This document shows positions 25,901 to 40,089 of a stretch of 64,000 nucleotides of DNA, in pieces. Position 1 is the stretch's first letter; the number at the start of each line of letters is the position of its first letter. A model generated the notes under the pieces. The model was given only the letters and a program-made list of their open reading frames with translations. It did not search any database and was not told the origin of the DNA. The position numbers and the translations under genes were made by a program. Source of the stretch: the human T2T-CHM13v2.0 reference genome, Homo sapiens; NCBI RefSeq assembly GCF_009914755.1, contig NC_060941.1; one strand, 5' to 3'.

Positions 25901-27494
25901 AAATGGCCCTTTCGTTCTAACGTATCATTGTGGGTCACACCAATTTGTAATCGTTTGTTGACAGGCTCTTCCCTTCCATTTGGTGGTCCTCCTTGATGCA
26001 GGGGTGCAGAAATGTTTGTGGAATGAAAGTAGAAATAGATTACAGATTCCGTCAGATACATTTCATTTGCAGTTTCAATCTATCTGTAATTCCTTCTTAG
26101 ATTCTTTGATTGTCTCTTAGGGCTCTCTACATAAACAGCAGAGCCATTCCCACTTTAAGAAACCTAACCTCCCCTCAAATCATCCAAGGATAAAAACAAC
26201 TGGAAAGGAATGGCCAGGAAACTATTGAAACATTTACTATAGGATCTTGACCTACACTCTTAACTCATTGAAAACAGGACTTGGCCAACAATGGTTCTAT
26301 TTACGTCCACCTTTTAGAAATGTACCTGTTCAAACTAGAAATCCCTGAGCATTCCAGATGCATTCAGTTAAAGGAGGTAATTTGTTAGCTATGTTGTTAG
26401 TGACCAGAACTATCCCAGGCCTCACAATGAGGGGAAGGAGCATGGTCTGAATTAGGGTAACCAGACAGTGCCTTTAGGAGGCATCATGGAAGCAGGAGGA
26501 GCGCCTTGTACTTCTGCTGCTTCTGTCCCCTCAGCTGGGTCCCTCTGTTCCTAGCATGCTTTGAAGCCAGCCCCACATGGAGGAGCATCTGACGTCCCTT
26601 GCTGGTGAGGTGGGTGGAGGGAATAGCTTCACTGAACTCCCTCCTTACTCTACATTCCACCACCACCATCATCACCACCTTTCCACCATCCCCCAACTGC
26701 TGGGAGTCCAGGAATCACCACCAGGCCTTGGCAGGGACTTGGGGATGCTGACTTACTGAAAAAATTTCTACTGGGAACCTGGGCTGTGAGAACTGTCATC
26801 TATTTGGGGACCCTCTGACATCTAGAGATCGTGCTTCCTGATGCTTCCTATTGACCAGACTCCTAACTCCTGATGACATTAAGGTACATCCCCCATATCC
26901 GGAGCCTGTGTGTTTGGAGTTCTGTGGCATGTTCAGCTCAGACCTATGTTTCACTGGAAAGGTGGTGGCCCTACCAAGCAAGTCTGGTTTGTTCAATGCT
27001 CTGCTCCTTCTGGTCTCTGTGGCAGGCAGAAGGGCCACGCGGCTGTGCTCTGCTTCACATTTTGATCATCTCCTTCGGCAATTCAGAGAACCTTTGGGGA
27101 GTTTCGGTTGGCTGAGGAAAAATAAAAACCTCTTTGTTGAAAAGCACTTGGCCAGTTCATAGGATACTAGGAGCTGGAAGAGACTTGGTGACCGAGATTA
27201 CCATCCACCAGGGGTCATGTCTAGTCAAAATGTCAGGCAGCTGGGCAGGACCTGGAGCCATAATATTAGAGTTCTGAGTTCAACCCTCCACTTAGCAGCT
27301 GTGAGCTCTTGGAGGAGTCCTTTACCCTCTCAGCACTTTGTTTTGTTGTGTGTAAAATAAGGATAAAACTAATAGCAAACACTTATAGAAAAACACAAAA
27401 GTGTTTATAATAATAAACACTTTTAATAACACTTTTATTAAACACAATAAAACTCTTTATACAGACAAAATCATTAAATCCTTTCAGCAACCCT

Positions 27495-27925
27495 AGTAAT
27501 AAATTATGGCAAATGTGGTGGCTTAGAACAACAGAAGTTTATTCTGTCACAGTTCTTGAGCACAGAAGTCAGAAATTGGGGTGTCAGCAGGGCCCCACTC
27601 CTGAGGGATCTAGGGAGAGTCCATCTTTACCTCTTCTGACTTCTGGTGGCCCCTGACATTCTTTGGCTTGTGGCAGTGTGACTCTGATCTTTGCTTCTGT
27701 GGCCTTCTGCCTTGCATCTCAAATCTCCCTTTCCTTTCTCTTAGGGACACCAGTCATTGGACCTGGGCATCACCCTCAATCCAGGATGATCTCATGCTGA
27801 GATCCTGAACTCAATTCCAGCGGTATGTTCCGTTTGCACTTAGTTCCAAATAAGGCCCTATTCACACACAGGTACCAGGGGCAAGGACTTGGAGATATCT
27901 TTTGGGGGGCACCCAATTTGAATCC
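27495..27925 (-). mobile_element. MLT1C-like MaLR LTR
   Basis: gtggcttagaacaacagaagtttattctgtcacagttc...cttctggtggcc...ggacaccagtcattgga. Confidence 0.85.
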
Positions 27926-27954
27926 CAAGAAACAAACGAACAAAAACCACACCC

Positions 27955-28430
27955 CCAGCCTGCTTGACGAAGGGCAAGGAGGTCAGTGTGCTTGAAGCAG
28001 AGTGAGGGAGTGTGTGGCAGGAGCTGGAGTCAGAAGGTAATAGTGGCCAGGGCCAGATCGTGTAGAACCCTGCAGTGACTTTGATGTTTAATTCAAGTGA
28101 GATGGGAAAGGGATATGGGACTTTGAGTGCAGATTGACAGGATCTGCTTTGTTTTAAAAAGGCTGCAGTGTGACAAGTAGGTTGAGAACTATTGTGGGTT
28201 GAAGGCATAAACAGGGAGACAGTCTGAAGGTTATTGCAATAATCTAGGGATGATACGGTGACAGCCTGGAGCAGGGAGGCAGGGGTGGAGGAGAAGTGGT
28301 CAGTGAACATTTGGAAGGAACAGCCAATAGGATTTGCTGACAAGTTGGATATGGACTTTGTAAAAAATAAGAATCAGGGACGATGTCAAAATTTTTGACC
28401 TGAGCACCTGGAAAGCTGGGGTTGCTACTG
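27955..28430 (-). mobile_element. L2
   Basis: gagatgggaaag...attgcaataatctagg...aggatttgctgacaagttggat. Confidence 0.75.
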
Positions 28431-29134
28431 ACTCTTACTTACCTCCCAGGGTTCTTATAAAGAACCAGTAAGATAATAAATGGAAAGCTTGTATGAACCC
28501 CAAAGGTCTACCAAAATGCTATTTGTTGTTGTTATCATTATTATTGTTTTGTGATCTGAAACTTTCCAGCTCTAGGTTGCCAGAAGATGTCAGACTGGGT
28601 TGAACCACCATCAAGAAAATCAGTGTCTCAATTACAGGAGAATATAATTAGTTCATTGTAATTTTGATTTGTTCTTTTTTAGTACCTTGCTCTCTTCCCT
28701 GCCTGTGTTGAGTACATATTTGAGATTCAAGAAGCCTCTCTCTCTATCATAATGGACAAGGCAACACCAATATAGACAGCAACGGAGAAAACAGTGGCAA
28801 TTTTGAAATTATCTCCTTGAGATCCTTGTCATTGTATTTTTCAGAGCCATTGTATTTAAATGGGGCAGTTGCAGGCTCTTCACTCTGCACAGTGTGAGTT
28901 AGGTACACAATGGTAGACTGCTGTTCCTAAAGAAGTAAATTCATTCCCGCCCAAACTCGCCCAGGTTTCCAACAAAATCCTTATCACTGTGACAGTTGCC
29001 TGTTGATTTTTCTTAAAAAAAGAGAGTAATGTTCCATATTGGATTCATGAGTGCACTGGTGAATTTTCATTACTTCTTTGGTTCATTTATTCAAACAGTG
29101 CACAGCTTTCATTAACAGGAGGTCGCTATTGTTT

Positions 29135-29260
29135 TCATCTTCCCCATTTTACAGGTAAAGAAAATGAGGTTTGGAGAGGTGAAACTGATGTGTTCAAGGC
29201 CACACAGCCACTAAGAAGCAAAGCTAAGATTTGAAGCCCATCTGCCCCACTCCTAAGTGT
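29135..29260 (-). mobile_element. MIR
   Basis: ccccattttacaggtaaagaaaatgagg...caaggccacacagc. Confidence 0.7.
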
Positions 29261-29939
29261 AATCCCTCATACTCGAAAGTAAGTTCTAAAAGTATTGGTC
29301 TCACAGAAACTAACCTTTATTTTTGCCAAAACAGTTTTTATTAACTTCAGTGAGGAGCTGGAATCATAGAGTGACTTTGATGAAACAGTTTTATTACTTT
29401 CAAATGTTATATAAATTACCAACTAAGATATAAAAGAGTGCAAATAATGAATATGAGGGGAGTTAATGAAAAAATTACAATACATAATAAGCCTGCAGAA
29501 TGCAAGCGTGTATCATAAACATAAAAGACCTTTAACATTACAGTAATTAATTGCTGGACTCAGAAGTTGCTGATGCATGAAAAGAATGCTTAATTTGAGA
29601 GCCCTAAAGTTTAGAAAAAGGATACTGGTTTTAAAAGGATTTACCTTACTCGCTGAGACTCAAAGTTCTCAGTAGCAGAGGTTATTTCAAACTGTTTACT
29701 CAAAAAACACAGACACTGTATCTGCTTTTCTATCAAAATCTGGGTGAGCAGAACCCAAATTAAAAAGCACTTATTGTATTCATGATGCATTTATTGTATC
29801 TTTCATCAGCAGTTTTCAACTAAGCAGAAATGGATCACCATCCACACCCTCTTGGTCTATTTTCCTGTGGTTTATATGAGATTTCAAGATCTGCATTCCA
29901 ACTGTATATGCTCAATCATACTTTGCACCATAATAATTG

Positions 29940-30190
29940 GTTAGCGGTAGAAGTCAGCCTCTGGTTTTGAGTCAAGACATGCCACAGAGTCCTGGCTCTG
30001 TTACCTCCTAGCTGTGCAAATCTGGGCACATCCCTTAACGTCTCTGGGCTTCGGTTTCCTCTTCAGACAAATTAAGATAACAAAAATACTTATATCACAG
30101 GACTATTTTGAGGATTTGGGCATTGTATACGAAATGTCTATTATAGCAACTGGTACACTAAATAGTACTGAGTTAATGGAGGCTATTACT
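29940..30190 (+). mobile_element. MIR
   Basis: cctggctctgttacctcctagctgtg...cttcggtttcctc. Confidence 0.7.
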
Positions 30191-32196
30191 ACAATTGAGC
30201 TACACAACCCAACCCCTTTACTTTAGAGAAGAGGAACTAATGTTTCAGGAGGTTAAAGCGACTTGCCCAAATTCACCTGGCTATTTAGGGACTCAGATGG
30301 TATAGTATAAAAGCAGAATGAAGGTGTCCAGCCTGCAAGCTCAATACCTCATCAACCATTATGTTAACACTGAAGAACATCTCTTCCTACATAGCCGCTG
30401 TAAAAACTCACCATCTGGAACATATCAGTCAAGAAAGGCACTGCCTGTGAGAGGACATGCTGAAATGGACAAAGTCATGAATGCCTGGAGTTCCCTGAAA
30501 ACACCGCCACCTGAGACTTAGGGAGGGAAGGACCCAGCCCCCAGCCTTATGCATTTAAAACGGAACTTTCTCCATGACATGTGGTCAGCTCCCAAATGTA
30601 CCAGACTCTGGGTCCTCTGTGTCCTTCATGATAAACTTTGCAAATGTGACTACTGAACCTGCTGGGGATCATCTGGTCAGAGCAGTGCCACGTTGCCTGC
30701 TTTGACCTGGTTTCATCTGAAGCCTGAAACTTCTCTAGAGGTCCAGCCCCTCAATTCCACTTCCATCCTTTGCTGCCCTATTTACACATCTCCCTGCATC
30801 CCGTTGGATACCTGCCTTTCAGGGGTAAGCACCTACCAATCCAAAGTAAGTGGCCTGGAAACCTGTGGCCTCACTGGGTTTGCTCCAATTCAACAGTAAA
30901 TTTAGGGCAGTAAAAGACAGTCCTATATTACTAAACTTCCAGAACTTATCACCCCAGTAAATAGTATAGATTTATATGGAATTTGGCATCAGCTTAATAC
31001 AAGCAAATGCATTAAATTCATTAGACATTCATCATCAGACCTAAAACATCCTCTATATATCTCAAGAGTAATCAACCCTATCACTCCTTTGAGAGCATTA
31101 ATGAAAGAGAGAAATTTGCCTGAAAGATCTACTCAATTCTAGTCCTCTGAAACCTTCTCTGGAATCTCTTATTTAAATGAAACAAAACTACAATAATAAC
31201 AGAAGCGTCAATGGAACTCAGACTGACTATGCCTGGTCTGTGATGCTGCCCACTGGCATTCATAAGAATTAGACTCATCTATTTTAAAATATCCCTTTCT
31301 TAGAGCAATATGTTGTTTTTCAGTTTTTGATTGGGCTTTGTTTGTTTGTCCTACTATTTCCTTTATGACATGCTATTCAGGGTTCAGGAGAATGATATAT
31401 TCTCCTCAAAACCAGCACTCCAGCCTCTTGGGTGACTATTTTTGTTAAGAAGTTTCTGGCTACACATAATGGAAAAAGTGACTTGGTGCACACGGTAAAG
31501 AATTCTTAGCTCACATAAGAAACCTAACATGTTTTCCAGACATGGACAACAGGCAGTACGGGGCAATGCTCCCCGAGAGAAGAGAAACAAACAAATCGTA
31601 GGTGAGCCCTGTGATCGCCCTGCCTTACTGCCAGGAGAGGTTCTAGGTTGTGGTGGAGGGAGGGAGAACCCTAGCTGAGCTGGCAGTCTTCCTGAGTTGA
31701 GGTGACAGAGTAAAAAATTCAGGAAGGCCAAAAAGCTAGAATTCACAAGATAAGAGTACACAAGAGGAAAGCACCAGAGATCTGCAGAAGGTCTCCCTTC
31801 ATTCTTCATGGAGTACTGATCACTGTGTATGTGAGGAAACCACTAAGGCCGAGGGAAGAGCCACTGTAGGTGGAACAATCTCCTCCAGATCCCACAAGAC
31901 TGGGAATACCATGTGTTCTATCAGCCAGAGTGGAACAGCTTTGTAATAAACACTCCAGGCTTCGGGTAGAGTGCTCAGAGGGTATTGCTTCAGAAGTGGG
32001 GACAAATTCACCATAGGCAAGGGCTGTCCTGGCCCCATCTAATAAAGCATAAAAGCAAGGGTCTGAAGCAGAGGTCAGCAAACATTTTCTGTAAAGGGAC
32101 AGAGAGTAAATATCTTATTAGGTGAGTGCAAAAGTAATTGCGGTTTTTGCATTGTTGAAATTTGCCGTTTGATATTTGGAATACATTCTTAAATAA

Positions 32197-32513
<317 letters not shown>

Positions 32514-32600
32514 TTATACATCATCTTAATGGGCATTTCTCGCTTTATTTTTTGGCTAATGACTTATTACTTGCTGTTTATTTTATATTTATTTCAGACT

Positions 32601-33614
32601 ATGGAAATGATGTTAGACAAAAAGTAAATTCGAGAGATTTTCTTATTTAAGCTCACAATGGGTCGTAAAGCTGCAGAGACAACTTGCAACATCAACAACA
32701 CATTTGGCCCAGGAACTGCTAATGAGCGTACAGTGCAGTGGTGGTTCAAGAAGTTTTGCAAAGGGGGCGAGAGCCTTGAAGATGAGGGGCATAGTGGCTG
32801 GCCATCGGAAGTTGATCATCAAAGCTGATCCTCTTACAACTACACAAGAAGTTGCTGAATAACTCAATGTCGACCATTCTATGGTCGTTTGGCATTTGAA
32901 ACAAATTGGAAAGGTGAAAAAGCTTGATAAGTAGGTGCTTCATGAGCTGAGCAAAAATTTTAAAAAATCATCATTTTGAAGTGTTGTCTACTCTTTTTCT
33001 ATGCAACAACAATGAACCATTTCTAGATCAGATTGTGATGTGCGACGAAAAGTGGATTTTATACAACAACCGGTGATGACCAGCTCAGTGGTTGGACTGA
33101 GAAGAAGCTCCAAAGCACTTCCCAAAGCCAAACTTCCACCAAAAAAGGTCACGGTCACTATTTGGTGGTCTGCTGCCAGTCTGATCCACTACAGCTTTCT
33201 GAATCCCGGCGAAACCATTACAAGTGAGAAGTATGCTCAGCAAGTCTATGAGATGCAGCAAAAACTGCAATACCTGCAGCTAGCTTTGGTCAACAGAAAG
33301 GGCTCAGTTCTTCTCCATGACAACACCTGACCACATGTCGAACAACCAACGCTTCAAAAGTTGAATGAATTGGATTATGAAGTTTTGCCTCATCCGCCAT
33401 ATTCACCTGACCTCTCACCAACCAGCTAATGCTTCTTTAAGCAACTTGACAACTTATTGCAGGGAAAATGCTTCCACAATGAGCAGGATGCAGAAAATGC
33501 TTTCCAAGAGTTCATTAAATCCCGAAGCATGGATTTTTACACTATAGGAACAAACAAGCTTATTTCTCATTGGCAAAAAAATGTGTTGATTGTAATGGTT
33601 CCTATTTTGCTTAA
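32601..33614 (+). pseudogene. Hsmar1 transposase pseudogene
   Basis: ATG at 32601 reads MEMMLDKK*; recognisable TVQWWFKKF, CDEKWILY, WWSAASLIHYSFLNPGETITSEKY, LLHDN, HPPYSPDL; many stops (WVPHEL Trp to TAG at 32932), a frameshifting deletion near 32815, and the third catalytic Asp lost. Confidence 0.92.
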
Positions 33615-35203
33615 TAAAGATGTGTTTGAGCCTAGTTATAATGATTTAAAATTCACAGTCCAAAACCACAACTACCTGCACCTAATAGAATGTATGGGCC
33701 ACATGCTTCTGTCTCAACTGTTTAAGTCTTCTGTGGTAATGCAAAAGTTGCCACAGACAATATGTGAAAGAATGGCTGTGGCTAGTGACTGTGTTCCATT
33801 AAAACTTCATTTACAAAAACAGAAGGGGGCTGGATTTGTCCTGCAGAGTATAGTTTGCTGATCCTTGAAAGAAACCAAATTGTTTCTAAGTAACTTAATT
33901 GCATCCCAGGACAAGGCCCCCAAACATTTAAAGGAACTGAAAAAATGATAACATCCAACAACATGACATTCATAACGCCTGACAGCCAATCAAAAATGGT
34001 CAGGGATGAAAAAAAAAAAAGAAAAAAAGAAAAAAGAAAAAAAAGAAAAAACAGAAAACTATGACCTGCAATGAGGGAAAAAAATCAATCCACAGAAATA
34101 GACATCGAAATGACACAAATAATCAGTTTAGTAGTCAAGAACATTAAAACAGCTGCTATAATCATATATTATTTGCTCAAGAAGATAGAGAAAAGTGTGT
34201 GTGAGCATGCTAAGGAGACAATGGAAGACATAAAAAGGACCCAAAGAAAAGTTTTAGAGATTAAAATATATCTCAGATTAAAAAATGCACTGGTTGGAAT
34301 TAACAGCAGATTAGACACTGCAAAAGAAAAGATCAGTGACATTAAAGACACAGTGATAAAAACTATCCAGAATGATACACAAAGTTAAAAGACAAAATAA
34401 AAATAATGGAGTATCTGTGAGCTGTGGGACAATATAAAAAGACCTAATAGTCCTGTGGTTGGAGTCCTGGAAGAAGGGAAGGGAGAGAAAAATATTTGAA
34501 GAAATAATAGCCAGCATTTTTCAAAATTTGATAAAAATTTAAACCCATATAGATGCAAAGAAATCAATGAACTGCAAATATAAAAAACATGTAGAAAATC
34601 ACATCAAAGCATATCAAAACCAAATTGCTGAAAAGTACTGATAAAGAGAAAAACTTAAATGAAGCCAGAAACAAAGACACATTATATGCAGAGGAACAAA
34701 GATAAAAATGAAAGCAGACGTCTCAGAAATGAAAGCCAGAAAACAGTGGAGTGATAGCTTTAAAGTACTGAGAGAAAGTAACTGTTAACCTAAAATTATA
34801 TATCTGGTAAAAATATATTTCAATAACAAAAGTAAAGATTTTTTTCAAACATACAAATAATGACAGAATTCATCACCAGAAAACAATTACCACATGAAAT
34901 ACTGAAATAAGTCCTTTAAGCATAAAATAAAATGATACCAGATGGAAGTTTGAATTTACATAAGGAATATGTGAGTAAATATAAAATATTTTTTCTTATT
35001 TTTAAAGTCTCTTTAAAAGATTATTTTAAAAAGTAGAAATAACAATGTGTTGTGGGGTTTATAGCATATGTAGAAGAAAAATGTATGACAAAAAAGATGG
35101 GGTGTGGGAGAGGGAAGTACACTTTTGTAAGTTTCTGATACTATACATACAGTTGTATAACATTTGCTTGATAAGTTAAAGATTTATGCTGTAAGCCTTA
35201 GAG

Positions 35204-35387
35204 CTGTAGTTTTAGGAGTGCTCCCTGGGGATATCTGTCACAATGTGTGGATGGGTATTACCCACATCTAGTGGGTAGATGCCAAGGATGCTGCTAAACA
35301 CTCTGCAATACACAAGAGAACCCCCCACCCCCTAACAAAGAATTATCTGGCTCAAAATACCAGTAGTGCCAGAGCTGAGAAACCCTG
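35204..35387 (+). mobile_element. MER20 (partly deleted) inside the L1M
   Basis: catctagtgggtagatgccaaggatgctgctaaaca...aacaaagaattatctggctcaaaat...tgagaaaccctg. Confidence 0.85.
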
Positions 35388-37620
35388 TTCTACAGCAACC
35401 ACTAAAACAGAAAGCGAAGAGATGGGACAAAGAAGTCAACAAAGGAGATACAACGGAATCATAAAAAATAGTTCATTAATCTGAAAGAAGGCAGGACAAG
35501 TAAGTGGAAAAGGGAACAAAGACCAGATGGGCCAAAAGGAAAACAAATGAGTTGGCAGGTTTAAACTCAACATTAATAATCACATTATATACAGTGGTCT
35601 GCACATCCCAATTAAGGGCAGAGACTGTTAGATTGTATTGAAAAATGCGAGACCCAACTATAGGCAAGATCTGACTTTAGGCATAAAGATAAAGATAAAA
35701 GTGAAAGGATGCTAACACTTAAAAAAGAAGCCTGGAGTGGCTTTGTTAATATCAGACGAAGTAGATTTCAGAGCAAAGAATATGTGTATTACAGGTGGAA
35801 AGAGGTTCATCTCATAATGATAAAGAGGTCAATTCACCAAAAAGATATAATAATAATAATAAACCTGTATACCCTTAACAACAGAGCTTCCAAATATGTG
35901 AAGCAAAAGCTGATAAACTACAAGGAAAAATAGACAAATCTACAGTTATAGTTGGGGACACCCCTTTCTCAACAATGTTTATAATACATAGGTAGAAAAT
36001 CAGTGAGGATATAGAAGACTTGGATAATAATGGTGAAAGGGTGAATGATCTTCCCCTACGATCAAGGCAAGGCAAGGATGAGACAAAGTGTCTGCTCTCA
36101 CCACATGTGTTCAGCATTGTAGCAAAGGTCCTAACTAGTGCAGTAAGACAAGAAAAACAAACAGAAGGCATATAAATTGGAAAGGAGGAAGTAAAACTGA
36201 CTTTTTTCACAGATAAAATAATCATCTACATAAAAAATCCTAAAGAATTTATTTAAAAGTTACCAAAACTAATAAATGTGTTTAGTAAGGCTGAATAATA
36301 TGCAATTGAAATATAAAAATCAATTGTTTCAATATAGTATAATGGGTTCACTATATAAACGGTTGGAAATTAAAATAAAAAACCATTTACAATAGTATTA
36401 TATTAAAACTATGAAACAGGGATACATTTTGACAAAATATTTGTAGAGTCATACACTAAAAACTACAAAACATTGCTGAGAGAAATTAAAGATCACATAT
36501 GTAAATACAGAGAAATGCCATGCTATTGACAGGAAGATTAAATATTGTTACATCAATTCTTACCAAATTGATTTATAGATTAAATGAAACCCAATGAAAA
36601 TCTCAGCAGGATTTTTAAAAAATAGAAATTGACAAGCTGCTACTAAAAATTATATGGAAATGTGAAGGACCTAGAATAGTCAATTTTGAAAAAGAACAAT
36701 GTTGACGGACTTACACTGTCTAAGAAACTTAGTGTAAACTATAATAACCAAGACTTTGTGGTATTATTATAAATATAGACATATAGATCAATGGAACAGA
36801 AAGTCCAGAAGTTGATCTACATGAATAACATCAGAAGTCATTAAGGAAATGCAAATTAAAACCACAATGAGATGCCACTACACTAAGCACCATTATAATG
36901 GCTAAAATGATAAAGACTGACCATCCCAAGGGTCAGGGAAGATGCAGAGCATTTAGAACTTTTGCACATGCTGCCAGGGATGTAAAATGGAACAGTCACT
37001 TTGGAAAACAGTTTGGCAATGTCTTTAAAAGTTAAGTGCATACGTACCAAAGAACCTACCCATTCCACTTGTTAAGTATTTACCCAAGGGAAAGAAAGCA
37101 TAAATTCATGCAAAGGCTTGTACATGGATGTTTATAGCAGCTTTATTTGTAGGAGCCCCGAACTGGAAACAACCCATGTTTCCATCAACAGCCTAAAAGA
37201 TTTTTTAAAAATGGTATACCTACACAATAGAAATATGTCTCAGCAATAAAAAGGAATAAACAACTGACACATACAACAACATGGAGAGGTCTAAAAATCA
37301 TTATCCTCAGTTAAAGAAGTCAGACAAGAAAGAGACAACATTGTATAATTCCATTCATATAACATTCTAGAAATTGCCAGCTAATCTACAATGACAGAGA
37401 CGGATCAGTAGTTTCCTTGGTGTGGAGATGGAAGGAAGAATTAATTACAAAGGGACATGGGGAACCTTTGTTGGGTGGGGGGTAATGGAATTTTTTTCTT
37501 TTTGGGTTGTGTTGATGGGTTCACAGGTATATGTATTTGTCACAACTCATCAGATTAAACACTTTAAATATGTGCATATCATTGTATGGTGATCATACCT
37601 CAATACAGCCATAAAATGTT

Positions 37621-37739
37621 AAAAGAAGAAGAAGAAGGGATAGAAGGAGGAGGAGGAGGAGAAAGAGAGGGAGGAGAAGGAGGAGGAGGACGAAGAGGAG
37701 AACAAGAGGGAGGAGAATGAGGAGGAGGAGGAGGAGAAA
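37621..37739. repeat. GA-rich (GAG/GAA)n low-complexity tract
   Basis: ~120 bp almost entirely purine, directly after the L1M 3' end. Confidence 0.9.
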
Positions 37740-37879
37740 TAGCCACCAGTAGGGTGGCAACAGGATCCACGGCCCTCTACACCCTGTTATTCACAGTGCT
37801 GGATTTCTCCTAATGCCCCATGTGATTACAGGGTAGCTACTCACAATCCGTCTTACAAACTTCCTTGTTCACATTGGTA

Positions 37880-38030
37880 GGAAGGAGAGACAGACTTCAC
37901 AAAGCTCCCTCTTAAGACAGAAACCAATCCCCCAGAATCATCCAGCAAACTTCTCTTCCTATCTCATCGGCCAGAATTGTGCTACATGCCTTTTCCTCAA
38001 TCCTCCATTAATCAGATCTACCCCATTATT
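37880..38030 (-). mobile_element. MLT1 (J/K-like) fragment
   Basis: ccagcaaacttctcttcctatctcatcggccagaattgtgctacatgcc. Confidence 0.5.
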
Positions 38031-38232
38031 CAGTGGAAGAGGGTGCTTGGATGTTGGAGAATTTAACTGAAGCTGTTTTTCACTACACCATGAAAACAGA
38101 TCTTTCTGTTTTCTACTCCTTCCCCACTTCCTCCTTTCCTCTTTCTTCTCTCTCTCCCTCCATTTTCTTCTTAATAAAAATATATTATAAGCAGAAGCTA
38201 TACATGGATTCAAAAGAGTGCTTGGACATTTA

Positions 38233-38592
<360 letters not shown>

Positions 38593-39569
38593 TTATGAAG
38601 GACTATTGACATCCCCTGCTGGACAGGCAGGGAGCAAGGAGGTGTGGCTGCTCTAAGATCCCTCACCTCCTAACGTCAGCCATTCACCAATTCAAATCTT
38701 GTGAAGAAGCAACCATGGTCAGGCAAAAGTTGACTTCTTTATTGTGTAGCAAACTCATATTCCATCCAGCCCCATGACATGGTCTGTGACTTGATTTTGA
38801 GAGGAGAAATCGGAAAGCTGCCTCTCTGATGCAATTTCTCATAAGTACCCAGATATTAGTTAATATTTTATAGGCTAAAAAGTAGTATCCAATTTTCTAA
38901 TTAACATTTTCTTAAATAATAAAGCTGATATATTGTTTTAAAAATACACATTTTTTTCCGCCATGTGATTAAATATAGCTATTTTTGGATTGAATGGAAA
39001 AAATACCTCTGGCCATACATATTTTTACTTTTCCTGAATTGGCCATTATTCAAGAAGGATTGCTCACCACCTGTGGTCTGGAGGGCAGAAGCTTGCTAAG
39101 CAACTGAATTGTTCACCCTGGGTTTCGGGGAAATGTTTAACCTACTTGATAGAACTAACGGATTTGAAAGTCCTTTAATGGCACCATTTACATGTTAATG
39201 TTCTAATGACAAAGGTGTTTTATCTGTTCATTTGAAGCAGGGAAACCCTACTTAACTCAACTTAGAAGCCTTTGTTAACACATGATAAGTGTCAGGAAGT
39301 GATACAACTTTCCCCAGGATGAATCTGGAGATTAGGGACTTAGTTTGCAGTAGGTCCCTTTCTCCAAGGCCTCGCCACCCTCTCCCAGTTGACTGCCTGA
39401 GAGATTTGTGCCCACAGGTCTTGGGCTGAATAAAGAATGTGGAAAGGAGTCTGTGCTGCCATCAGGCTGCCTGGGTGGTCAGAGTCTATATATAGCGCTC
39501 TGCTCACATCCCTCCGGAGGCTTTACCATTTTCCTGTAAATGGCTCCAGGACTGGTGCTTTCATACTTA

Positions 39570-40089
39570 ATGGCCAGCTTCTCTGTTGGAGGCCTGCCCT
39601 CTGTCTGCTGGAATCTGCACCCACCATGCAGAAGGCTGGAAGTACCTGGGAATTTACATCCCCCTGGGGAGCAGTCCTGAACCCATGACTGACAGGTACA
39701 GCATGTGGAAGTACTCCAGCTCCCTTGCCACTTATTGGGACAACTCTGAGATCTGATCTAGGCCTGGGGATCTTGTTATGATGCAGATTCTAATTCAGAG
39801 AGTCCGGGCTGGAGAGGAGGCTCTGCAATTCCGACAAGCTCCAGGGTGGTCGCTGATGTTACTGATCTAGGACCACACTTGGAGTCCCATGGGTCTACAC
39901 TGTCTTGGGAACATCCCTGTGGGATTATGTAGTTTCTGCCGCTGGTAGCTTACTTGGTTGCCTTCCTTGGCTTGGCCATCTTGCAGGTCTCAATTTACTA
40001 CTGGCCATCTCTGGGAATACTTTCTAGTATATTACTTTCACACGATTCCTTGTCTCAGGGTATTCTTCTGGGGAGCCTACCCTAAGACA
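39570..40089 (+). mobile_element. LTR16-family LTR interrupted by a MER5A fragment (~39761-39891)
   Basis: gaagtacctgggaatttacatcccc...tgggacaactctgag...ccttgtctcaggg...ctaagaca; MER5 atgcagattctaattcag...ggaccacactt. Confidence 0.65.

Noticed and set aside
26647-26680. Poly-His coding stretch
   Set aside because: Short (CAC/CAT)n simple repeat in a 60-aa chance ORF
32601-33614. SETMAR exon 3 or an active transposase
   Set aside because: Stop at codon 9, many further stops and a frameshift; no SET-domain exons in the window; the Alu lies in the 5' UTR and leaves the TIR intact
34071-36225. L1 ORF1/ORF2 as functional CDS
   Set aside because: Fragmented by stops, frameshifts and large deletions
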